This document shows, in pieces, positions 54,079 to 62,384 of a stretch of 64,000 nt of DNA. The stretch spans positions 64,920 to 128,919 of the forward strand of contig JAJVII010000008.1 in the NCBI GenBank assembly GCA_022072085.1. The letters are read 5' to 3'. Source of the stretch: Phycisphaerae bacterium. GTDB lineage: Bacteria > Planctomycetota > Phycisphaerae > JAJVII01. A program made the translations under genes and the position numbers. The notes beneath the pieces are model-generated. The model was not told the DNA's origin. It saw nothing but the letters and a program-made list of their open reading frames with translations, and searched no databases. Each line of letters opens with the position of its first letter. Positions within the stretch are counted from its first letter, which is position 1.

Positions 54079-55517
54079 GCGATCAGAAGCACGCCGACGC
54101 CATCGCCGCCCGCCCGGCCGTTCTGGCCCTCCGCCGGCGCCTGTTCACGGTCTGGTTGGCCTGGCTGGCGCTCTCGCTGGGCGCGGGGGGATATCTGTGG
54201 ATCATGTTCGAGACGCTGCCGGTCTACCTCCTGTTCATGGCCCTCTTCGCAACCAGGGCGTGGCGGGCAAAGGGGGCGGATCGCCGATCGCGATTCCGGC
54301 GGCTGGCGTTCTGCCTGCTGCTGGCGGCGGCGATGACCTCGTTCAACTACGTCACGCGCGTGGCCACGCGGCACCTCGACGTCGCACCCGCGACACTGGG
54401 CACGATCCAGTGGTCGGCGATGCTCGCACAATGGCTGGTGCTGAGCGGCATCCTGCTGGCCGTCACGTCGTTGGATGCGATGGCCGCCCGCCTGATGCGC
54501 CGATGGATGCATGTGACCCCGCGCCGCCCAGAGGCAACGGCCGGTGACTCGGCCGACCGCGGCACGCCTTGGTATCACTGGCGGCGGGCGCCCGTCGGGC
54601 TGGTGCGAACGCTCCTGTTTGTCTTCATCGCGATGCCCTGGTTCGTCATCTACATCCAGGTCTATCCGCCCCGGATCGGCTACACGGCCGAGCCCACGTT
54701 CGCGCCCTACGAGTCCTTTGAAGCCGGGGGCTCGCCCGGCTGGCTGATTCCCGCCGCCAGGCCCAGCGACACCGTCGTGCTGATCTGCCACGGGCTGGCC
54801 GGCGACCAGGCGACCGTGCTGGACTACGCGCAGATGTTCCACGACATGGGCTGCCACGTGGTGACGTTCGACATGCCCGGCCACGGCCGCGGGCCCGGCT
54901 TCCGCGTAACCTACGGCTGGGACGAGTCGGACCTCGTGGAGACTTTCGCCTCCAGGATTCGCCGGCGCGCCGACAAACTGCCCGGCCGTCCGCGGCGCCT
55001 GATCGCCTTCGGCGGCAGCATGGGCGGAACGTCCCTGCTGCTGGCAGCCGAGCGGAGACCCGAACTGTTCGACGGGCTGATCCTCGACTCGGCCTACCCC
55101 TCGCTGGGTGCGATGGCCAACTCGCAGCTCTCGGTCATGCCCGAGGCGATCGCCTGTCCGTTGCGGCAGGCCGGGCGGCTGTTCGCCCTCTGGGAGAGCC
55201 GCGTGCGGATCTCGATGGTGGACGTGCGGCCGAGGATGCAGGCGATCGACAACATCCCCAAGCTGTTCATCCACTGCCGACAGGACCCGCTGGTCGCGCC
55301 GAGACTGGCGGATGAGCTGTTCACCGACGCCGGCGGCGACAAGCGATTCGTGCAGTGCGACTGCACCGAACATCAGGGGGCGGTCTACATGGACTACAGC
55401 CGCTATCGCGACACGATCCGGGCGTTCATTTTCCGCGTCGCGCCCGCGACGACCCAGCCGACCGACACGATGCCTGACGGCGCCGATCAGTTTGATGCGT
55501 CAATGGAAGGCGACTGA
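54075..55517 (+). CDS. Membrane-anchored alpha/beta hydrolase (paralog 2)
   Basis: N-terminal TM helices; CHGLA, FDMPGHG, GGSMGG, HCRQDPLV, TEH; GTGA overlap with paralog 1. Confidence 0.88.
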   Translation: MSDQKHADAIAARPAVLALRRRLFTVWLAWLALSLGAGGYLWIMFETLPVYLLFMALFATRAWRAKGADRRSRFRRLAFCLLLAAAMTSFNYVTRVATRHLDVAPATLGTIQWSAMLAQWLVLSGILLAVTSLDAMAARLMRRWMHVTPRRPEATAGDSADRGTPWYHWRRAPVGLVRTLLFVFIAMPWFVIYIQVYPPRIGYTAEPTFAPYESFEAGGSPGWLIPAARPSDTVVLICHGLAGDQATVLDYAQMFHDMGCHVVTFDMPGHGRGPGFRVTYGWDESDLVETFASRIRRRADKLPGRPRRLIAFGGSMGGTSLLLAAERRPELFDGLILDSAYPSLGAMANSQLSVMPEAIACPLRQAGRLFALWESRVRISMVDVRPRMQAIDNIPKLFIHCRQDPLVAPRLADELFTDAGGDKRFVQCDCTEHQGAVYMDYSRYRDTIRAFIFRVAPATTQPTDTMPDGADQFDASMEGD

Positions 55518-55531
55518 ACGGGAATCTCCCG

Positions 55532-55966
55532 TCAGTGCAGCAGCCAGAGGATGGCCGCCAGGTCCAGCAGCAGCGCCGCCGCGATGGCCGCCAGCCAGTG
55601 AGAAGAGACGTGAGACGCCCAATCGACGGACGGCTCCTCAGCCGCCGACCCGGCCGACGTCGATGCACGGGCGACGCGATAGCGAGCTCGCTCGATCAGT
55701 AGGTTGGCCTCGAACGGTGAGATGCCGATCCGGGCAGCCAGGTCCAGCAGCCGCATGCGGCTGGAGTAGCGCAGCACGTCGCCGCCGGACTCGAACTGGC
55801 TGGCGATCGCGGACATGTAGATGTCTTCGAGGTCGGCCCGGCCGATCGTCGGCCGATCGCGACCGGGGCCGCTCTGCGGGCGCGCGATCCGGGCGGCGGG
55901 GCCTTCGCCCGCAACCGAGCCCGGCGTGAGATCCGGGCGCGCAATGAAGTCCGTGCCGTCCGTCAT
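55532..55966 (-). CDS. Hypothetical protein with C-terminal TM helix
   Basis: GGAGG RBS; LRYSSRMRLLDLAARIGISPFEANLLIE; hydrophobic C-terminus. Confidence 0.7.
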   Translation of the reverse strand: MTDGTDFIARPDLTPGSVAGEGPAARIARPQSGPGRDRPTIGRADLEDIYMSAIASQFESGGDVLRYSSRMRLLDLAARIGISPFEANLLIERARYRVARASTSAGSAAEEPSVDWASHVSSHWLAAIAAALLLDLAAILWLLH

Positions 55967-56124
55967 GACCCTCCGCTGAAATCATAACCCCGATTGCACG
56001 CGAGGCCAGAACGATCACGGAATTGCCGCAGGAATGCTGGCGTCGGCTGCCGCCAGCAGCGGCGGATCCGGCAAAGCTTGCCCATGTTCATGGCGTAAGC
56101 CGAATCGCGACCGCGGCGCAAGAG

Positions 56125-56159
56125 AAAGCCCGGCAGCGTCCGATACGCCGCCGGGCTTT
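56125..56159 (-). terminator. Intrinsic terminator of the HEAT-repeat gene
   Basis: GCCCGGCGGCGT / ACGCTGCCGGGC stem followed by TTTCTCTT on the minus strand. Confidence 0.75.
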
Positions 56160-56181
56160 GGTTGTCAGCATTGCGAGTCGA

Positions 56182-58425
56182 TCAGAACGACGAAGAGGTC
56201 TTGATCAGGCCGTTGACCTGTCCGGGTCCCAGGCCCAGGGCGCCCAGCGCCAGGGCGGCGGCGGAGCGGACGTTGGTGTCGGGCTCCGACGTTGCCACCT
56301 TCGTGACGGCCTCGACCTGGTCAGCCGTCAGGCGATTAACGTCGCCCTTGGCTGAAGCGGCCAGTTGCTGGAACATGACCACGCGGCGGGCGGGGTCGGC
56401 CTTGGCGTCCAGGGCCGCCGACGCCAGGGCCCGCTGGACTTCCTGATCGCGGAAGTAGCTCAGGGCCTCAGCCGCCGCGGAAGCGACGTCCAGCCGGGCG
56501 TCGGCCAGCGCAAACTTCAGGCCCGGCATCGCCACGGCGACGTCCATACCCGGCGTCGGCACGCGGGCCAGGTCGCGCAGGGCGCGGGCGGCATGCAGAG
56601 CGTAGTCCTTGGCCTCGTCGGCGGTGAGCGGCTGGCCGCCGACGGCGGATTGCAGCCGCACGATCTCGGCGTTCAACTCGGCGGCCTGGGCATCGGGCGC
56701 GACCACGCCGGTGAACGGAACGTCCTTGAGGGCGATCTTGGCGGTCTCGACGCCCTGGGCCACCACGAGCGTCGGGACGTTGGCGAAGCGATGGTCCTGG
56801 CGGATGGCCAGCAGACCGGCCCGCCCGCCTTCGGACTGCTCATAGTTGACGACGACCACGTCGACGTTGGGGATGCTCCAGCCGTGGGCGAGGTCCAGCA
56901 GCTTCTGCCGCGTGGGCGCGACGTAAACCTGGAAGCCGGCTTTGCGGAGTTCGGTCACCAGGGCCGCATTGCCGTTCTCCTTCTGCTCCAGCACTAAGGC
57001 GTACTGCATGCCGGTCTGGTGGAGCGACTGGGAGAGCGTCGGCACGACCATCTCGGCTCCGGGCAGTTGGCTCTGGCAGCGCGACGCGGCCATCGCCAAG
57101 GCGATCTCATAGCGGACGCGGCGGTCGGGGAACTGAAGGGCCGTCGCCAGCACCGTCGCCTCGGGCATCGCCGAATTGCTGAAACCGACCTGCGACAGCG
57201 CCCGGGCCAAGCCGAAGGCGACCTCCGAGTCGCGGTCGGTCATCGCCCGCTGCAGGGCCATGAGGCAATAGCGGGGACCGGCGGCCACGGCGTAGTAGTT
57301 CGCGTCGGGCTTCTCGGGCGTCTCGCCCGGGGGCAACTGGGCCTCGCGGCGGATGTTGGCGGCGATCCAGAGCGCCACGGCCATCGGTTGATCGCTCTGG
57401 AGGTCCAGCGCGCGGCGGAAGCAGCGCATCGCCATCACCTCGTTGTAGACGTCGGACGCCACGAGCTTGGCCGTCACGCCCTGGCCCTGTTTGAAATACC
57501 AGACCGGAGTCTTCTCGGCGTTCTGGGCCTGCGGACGCAACGAAGCCTGGTCGCTGTAGTAGCGGTCGCCGAGCTGGCTGAACATCTCACCGGCCGAACC
57601 GGTGAACGGCTCGCGGGAGACGCCGGCCAACTGCGTCACGATCTGGGCACTGAGGTTCTTGAGATCGGCCGACGGCGTCGACTCGACCAGCGCCTGGAGG
57701 TAGGGAACCGCGTGCGGGTAGCCGATGCTCAGCAGGGCCTTGACCACGGTGATCTTCAGCGGGATCTCGCCCGGCGTATCCAGGGCGGCGATCAGCGGCT
57801 CGACAGCGGCCCGGCCCATCTGCGGCAGGGCCTCGGCGACCAGGGCCCGCTCGTCGGCCTTGACCGGGTCGACGCCGCGTAGTTCGTCCAGCATCTGCGG
57901 GACGCACCACGGGGCCTTCTCGCGCAGACGTTCGATGGCCTTCTCGCGGGTCCGCATCGTCGAGGTCACCAGCAGCTTGATGTCCTCGGTGATGGCAACC
58001 GGGTCGCGCTGGGCTTCCCGGTGGCCGCGCTCGATGAACTGCTGAAGCTTGATGGCGGCGGCCTTGAGGGCCTGCTGCTCCTGCGTCTTGGCGTCCAACT
58101 CCGCGGCCTTGGCCAACTGGGCCTCCACGCCGCCGGTTGCATCGCCAAGGATCTTGGGATCGTTGCGGATGGCTTCGATCACGCTCTGCGGATCGGCGTT
58201 CTTGGCCAGCAGGGCGTCGATGAAGACCGTCGCCAGCTTATATTGGCTGAGCGAAATGTAGTGCCGCACGTTGAACAGGAGGCTGCCAACGTCTTCACCG
58301 CCCGAGGGCCCCTGCCCCGGCAGCGGCTCGTCCGCGCGGGCAGGCGCGGGCGTCATCAGGGCCGTGGCGATCGTCAGCATTCCGAGGGTGAGCGTTACAG
58401 CCAGCGAGGTGCTTCGCTTCGACAT
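56182..58425 (-). CDS. Secreted HEAT-repeat protein with a degenerate receiver-like (CheY-fold) domain
   Basis: GGAGG RBS, signal peptide ending ARA; HEAT repeats; ALVLE...LRKAGF...DVVVVN...IRQDHRFANVPTLVV; TTGACA-N16-TATAAT promoter at 58570-58597. Confidence 0.8.
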   Translation of the reverse strand: MSKRSTSLAVTLTLGMLTIATALMTPAPARADEPLPGQGPSGGEDVGSLLFNVRHYISLSQYKLATVFIDALLAKNADPQSVIEAIRNDPKILGDATGGVEAQLAKAAELDAKTQEQQALKAAAIKLQQFIERGHREAQRDPVAITEDIKLLVTSTMRTREKAIERLREKAPWCVPQMLDELRGVDPVKADERALVAEALPQMGRAAVEPLIAALDTPGEIPLKITVVKALLSIGYPHAVPYLQALVESTPSADLKNLSAQIVTQLAGVSREPFTGSAGEMFSQLGDRYYSDQASLRPQAQNAEKTPVWYFKQGQGVTAKLVASDVYNEVMAMRCFRRALDLQSDQPMAVALWIAANIRREAQLPPGETPEKPDANYYAVAAGPRYCLMALQRAMTDRDSEVAFGLARALSQVGFSNSAMPEATVLATALQFPDRRVRYEIALAMAASRCQSQLPGAEMVVPTLSQSLHQTGMQYALVLEQKENGNAALVTELRKAGFQVYVAPTRQKLLDLAHGWSIPNVDVVVVNYEQSEGGRAGLLAIRQDHRFANVPTLVVAQGVETAKIALKDVPFTGVVAPDAQAAELNAEIVRLQSAVGGQPLTADEAKDYALHAARALRDLARVPTPGMDVAVAMPGLKFALADARLDVASAAAEALSYFRDQEVQRALASAALDAKADPARRVVMFQQLAASAKGDVNRLTADQVEAVTKVATSEPDTNVRSAAALALGALGLGPGQVNGLIKTSSSF

Positions 58426-58689
58426 GGAGACCTCCAAAACCACCGGGCGACAAGAGACTCCCACTGTGTGCCAGGCTGCGTGGGGACGCGGCGGGTATGC
58501 AATGGTATGGATCAGGCCGTCAGCGCCTGCGCTGTTGCCGGATCATCCCAACGCCGTCAGGCATCGGGCATTATAAATCCGCCCGGAGGGCTGTCAAAGC
58601 AAATAATCATCCCCGCCGCTCGCCGTTAATCCCGCACCGGTCCCAACTTGGAGCTTGATACCTCCACCGACCGGCGGTACGATGCTTCC

Positions 58690-59391
58690 ATGGCCAAACC
58701 CCTCCAGACGCGATGCTTCCGACCGGCGCCCGCCGTGCTGTTTCTGCTGCTGGGCGCCCTGTCCGCGACCCAGTGCGGCTGTTCCGGCGGCAACTGGTTC
58801 GGACCCGATCCCGAACTGCCCGTCGGCGCCATGGACAACCCGCTCGTGGTCGAGTCGGAATACGAGCCCCTGTTCGACGCCGTCGCCAGGACGCTGGAGG
58901 ACCACCGCTTCACGCTGTTCCTCAAGGATCCCCGCGAGGGCGAAATCCGCACCCGCCCCATGACCGGCCAGCAGATGTGGGAGTACTGGCGGACCGACGC
59001 CGCCGGTTTCTACAACACGCTGGAAAGTTCGATGCACACGATCCTGCGGACCGTCGAGGCCCGCGTCTATCCGCTGCGCGACAGCCAGGGCAGCCGCATC
59101 GCCGGCAAGTATTTCCTGGAGATGCACGTCATCACCGAGCGGGTCACCGTGCCCGAGCAGGAAATCAGCGCGACCAACCAGCTCAGCGGCGCCTCGTTCC
59201 ACGGCGGGTCGCCGACCGATCCGGCCCTGGCACGAGAGGGGATCCGCGGCGTTGACGCGGTCTACCTCGGCCGCGACAGCCGCCTGGAGGACTGGCTCAT
59301 CCGCGACGTGCTCCGCAAGGTCCGCCAGCCGGCCCCGGTCGTCCCCCGCGACGAACCTGCTCCCCCGCCGCCGCCCGCAACAGCCTCCTGA
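58690..59391 (+). CDS. Hypothetical exported protein or lipoprotein
   Basis: Hydrophobic N-terminus with CGCSG; DPREGEIRT...WEYWRTD...LESSMHTI...LGRDSRLE; promoter TTGATA-N17-TACGAT ends 6 nt before the ATG. Confidence 0.75.
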   Translation: MAKPLQTRCFRPAPAVLFLLLGALSATQCGCSGGNWFGPDPELPVGAMDNPLVVESEYEPLFDAVARTLEDHRFTLFLKDPREGEIRTRPMTGQQMWEYWRTDAAGFYNTLESSMHTILRTVEARVYPLRDSQGSRIAGKYFLEMHVITERVTVPEQEISATNQLSGASFHGGSPTDPALAREGIRGVDAVYLGRDSRLEDWLIRDVLRKVRQPAPVVPRDEPAPPPPPATAS

Positions 59392-59421
59392 AGACGCGGC
59401 CTTCCATGATTGTCCCGGCGC

Positions 59422-60060
59422 TCAGCCCCCGCTGCGCACATAAAGCCTGTTGTCCGCGATGTACCGCGCGACGATGCTGGGCAGCAGGTAGCGGATCGAC
59501 TTGCCCTCGGCCACGCGGCGGCGAATCTGCGTCGCGCTGATCTCGATCTCCGGGGTCGCCAGCACGCCGGCGCGCAGACGCTCGATCCGCCCCTCGTCCA
59601 GCCGATCACGCAGCCGCGACAGCGACGCGTCCACCGTCCAGCCCGGACGGGCCATCGTCACCACGCTGCACGCGTCGATCAGTTCCGGCGCCCGGTGCCA
59701 CAGGCCGATGTCGCCCAGCGAGTCGCAACCGATCAGCCAGTGCAGCACCGCTTCCAGGCCGTGCTGCTCGCGGAACGCAACGATGGTGTCGATCGTGTAG
59801 CTGGGGCCGCTGCGACGGAGTTCCACGTCGCTGACCTCGAACAGCGGATGGCCGCTGACGGCCCGACGGGCCATCTCCAGCCGGTGGTCGGCCGACGCCA
59901 GATTGCGATGCTGGGCCTCGTCCAGTTTGTGGGGCGGGTTGGCCGACGGGACCAGGACGAGCTTCTCCAGACCGAGTTGCTCGGCCGCCGCCTGCGCGGG
60001 GATCAGGTGCCCGAAGTGAATCGGGTTGAAGCTGCCGCCGAACAGTCCGATGCGCTGCAT
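59422..60060 (-). CDS. nadD: Nicotinate-nucleotide adenylyltransferase
   Basis: GGSFNPIHFGH, PPHK, SYTIDT, ISATQIR; TTGACA-N17-TAGAGT promoter at 60086-60114. Confidence 0.96.
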   Translation of the reverse strand: MQRIGLFGGSFNPIHFGHLIPAQAAAEQLGLEKLVLVPSANPPHKLDEAQHRNLASADHRLEMARRAVSGHPLFEVSDVELRRSGPSYTIDTIVAFREQHGLEAVLHWLIGCDSLGDIGLWHRAPELIDACSVVTMARPGWTVDASLSRLRDRLDEGRIERLRAGVLATPEIEISATQIRRRVAEGKSIRYLLPSIVARYIADNRLYVRSGG

Positions 60061-60185
60061 GTCTGCATCCCCGCAAGATGCCGCGACTCTAGCCCGCGCC
60101 GCCGACGGTGTCAATCCGCCCGATCCCTGACCTCCGATTCCCGCCACGCGTTGCCGACGTCGCCATCGCCCGTTATGCTGGCGGC

Positions 60186-60614
60186 ATGCTCCAGGTCACG
60201 GCGTCCATTTCGATCGACGAGGGGGAACTGGGCGAGCAGTTCATCCGCTCCTCCGGGCCCGGCGGGCAGAACGTCAACAAGGTCGCGACGGCGGTCCAGT
60301 TGCGGTTCGACGCGGCCCGCTCGCCGTCGCTGACGCCGGCGGTTCGCGAGCGGTTGCTTCGGCTGGCCGGGTCGCGGGCGACGGCCGACGGCCTGGTCCT
60401 CATCGAGGCCCGCCGCCATCGCCACCGCGAGCAGAACCGCGCCGACGCGCGCGAGCGATTGGCCGATCTCATCCGCCGGGCCGCCACGCCGCCCCGCCCG
60501 CGGCACAAAACCCGCCCGTCCCGCGCCTCTCAGGAGCGCCGACTGGAACGCAAGAAGCAGCGCAGCCAGCGCAAGCGCACCCGCGCCGCGAAGCCGGACG
60601 ACATGGACCGTTGA
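60186..60614 (+). CDS. arfB: Alternative ribosome rescue peptidyl-tRNA hydrolase ArfB
   Basis: SSGPGGQNVNKV and basic C-terminal tail RRLERKKQRSQRK. Confidence 0.95.
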   Translation: MLQVTASISIDEGELGEQFIRSSGPGGQNVNKVATAVQLRFDAARSPSLTPAVRERLLRLAGSRATADGLVLIEARRHRHREQNRADARERLADLIRRAATPPRPRHKTRPSRASQERRLERKKQRSQRKRTRAAKPDDMDR

Positions 60615-60813
60615 AACGGTAAGGCCGGGTCACTTCAGAGACGCCGGTCTTCCACGATGCAAGAGGACTGCGCCCCGGCAAGTCAGGCCCCGCGTCATCG
60701 AGGACTCCGATTGCGATTTGACCCACGCGGGCGGCGGCATATCGTTACCTATCGCACTCACGTGGGGTGAGAATGCGGAACCCACACACCTTCCTGCTGC
60801 AAAGGGAGAGAAC

Positions 60814-61371
60814 ATGAAGCGCTTCTTGCTCGCCGCACCGCTCCTGGTCGCCCTGGTCGCCGCCGTCGGCTGCGACAACGCCTCCGTGCAACACGCCGGC
60901 ATGTGGAGCGGCGTGACCAAGGCCGTCGCCGTCCTGCACGGGACCGCCGGGCACGAGGGCGTGCACGGCGTGGTCACCTTCACCCAGATGGACGACAAGG
61001 TCCATGTCGTCGCCGACGTCACCGGCCTGCCGCCCAACAGCAAGCACGGCTTCCACGTCCATGAATACGGTGACTGCTCCAAGCTCGATGCCAGCAGCGC
61101 CGGCGGGCACTACAACCCCGAGGGCAAGCCGCACGGCCTGCCGCCCTCAGCCGACCGCCACGCCGGCGACCTGGGCAACATCACCGCCGACGCCAGCGGC
61201 CACGGCATGCTCGACCTGACGGTGGACAACATCACCATCGCCGGGATGCACAACCCGATCGTCGGACGCGGGCTGATCCTGCACGTCGACCCCGACGACG
61301 GCGGCCAGCCCACCGGCAACGCCGGCGCCCGCATGGCCAGCGGCGTCATCGGCATCGCCAAATCGCAGTGA
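60814..61371 (+). CDS. sodC: Cu/Zn superoxide dismutase, lipoprotein
   Basis: AAVGC lipobox; HGFHVHE, GGHYNP, HAGDLGN, ILH..PDD, GNAGAR. Confidence 0.93.
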   Translation: MKRFLLAAPLLVALVAAVGCDNASVQHAGMWSGVTKAVAVLHGTAGHEGVHGVVTFTQMDDKVHVVADVTGLPPNSKHGFHVHEYGDCSKLDASSAGGHYNPEGKPHGLPPSADRHAGDLGNITADASGHGMLDLTVDNITIAGMHNPIVGRGLILHVDPDDGGQPTGNAGARMASGVIGIAKSQ

Positions 61372-61401
61372 CCGGCTGAACGCAACCTTTGAAGTAACCG
61401 A

Positions 61402-61441
61402 CGACAGGCGCCCCGCCACGCGGCGGCGCCTGTCGGCGTTT
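61402..61441 (+). terminator. Hairpin after sodC
   Basis: CGACAGGCGCC / GGCGCCTGTCG stem followed by TTT. Confidence 0.6.
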
Positions 61442-61567
61442 CGTGCGGGGAGATTCACGAGTTGGGGGCGTCTGGTTTCGCGCTGAAGACGGCACAAGGA
61501 CCTCAGGCTTCGCTACGCCCGTTGGCCTCGCCGGGGCACAGCGGCCAATCCCCGGCGTGCTCGGTCC

Positions 61568-62212
61568 TCACGGCGTTTCCGGCACCCAGCGGAGCGTCTG
61601 GGCCGCCGCGTCAAAGGCCGGCTCATACTCGGCAAAGGTGGACTGCAAGCCGTGGGCGGTCAGGTTGTAGCAGCCGCGATAGCCCAGCACGAGCCACATC
61701 TTGACCTTCCACGGCATGTCCCAGCCGCCATACTTGGAGCAAGTGAAGACGATTTCCTTGGCCTGGACATCGCCGACCTTCACAGACTTGGACGAAATGA
61801 TCTGGATGTTGGCGCTGGTAGTCTCCAAACCCTTCATGGTCGTCTGTTCGAATCCGTCCAGCGTCTTGTCCTTCAGCACGATGGCCGGCCCTTTGGTCAG
61901 GGAGAGATTGTCGGCGTACTTGTCATCCGGCTTCAGCGGTCGCGACGCAACAAGGAGAGTCGAGGAGGCCGGTTTCTCAGCAACCTTCCATCCGTCGGGC
62001 GGCGTGAATGTCAGCACCATGTCCCGGGTATCCCCGCCGGGCGGAGCGGCGTCGCCGTACATCTTCCTGTCCAAGTCGGATGCGGGGCTCTTGGACGCGT
62101 CAGGCGGGGCCTTCGCTCCGTCGCCGCCCCTGGCGTCGCTCTTGCCCTTGTCGCCGCAACCGATCGCTGCAAACAGGATGCCGCACAGGCACAGGACGAG
62201 AGTGGTTCTCAT
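61568..62212 (-). CDS. Lipoprotein, possibly PsbP/DUF1795-like fold
   Basis: AAIGC lipobox; FTPPDGWK, SVKVGDVQAKEIVF, FAEYEPAFDAAAQTL. Confidence 0.65.
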   Translation of the reverse strand: MRTTLVLCLCGILFAAIGCGDKGKSDARGGDGAKAPPDASKSPASDLDRKMYGDAAPPGGDTRDMVLTFTPPDGWKVAEKPASSTLLVASRPLKPDDKYADNLSLTKGPAIVLKDKTLDGFEQTTMKGLETTSANIQIISSKSVKVGDVQAKEIVFTCSKYGGWDMPWKVKMWLVLGYRGCYNLTAHGLQSTFAEYEPAFDAAAQTLRWVPETP

Positions 62213-62384
62213 AGGTGCAATTCCTTCCAATAGAGTGCGACAAGTCTTCCGAAAGGATCTTGAACCGGACCGGACCCATGGAAATGCACTGGCATACTAG
62301 CGGATAGGTGACGCAGCTGCAACAGGCGCCGCCCCTGTGCCGAAGACGGCTGCCCCTCCTGCATTCAACATCACCCCCCTCGCA

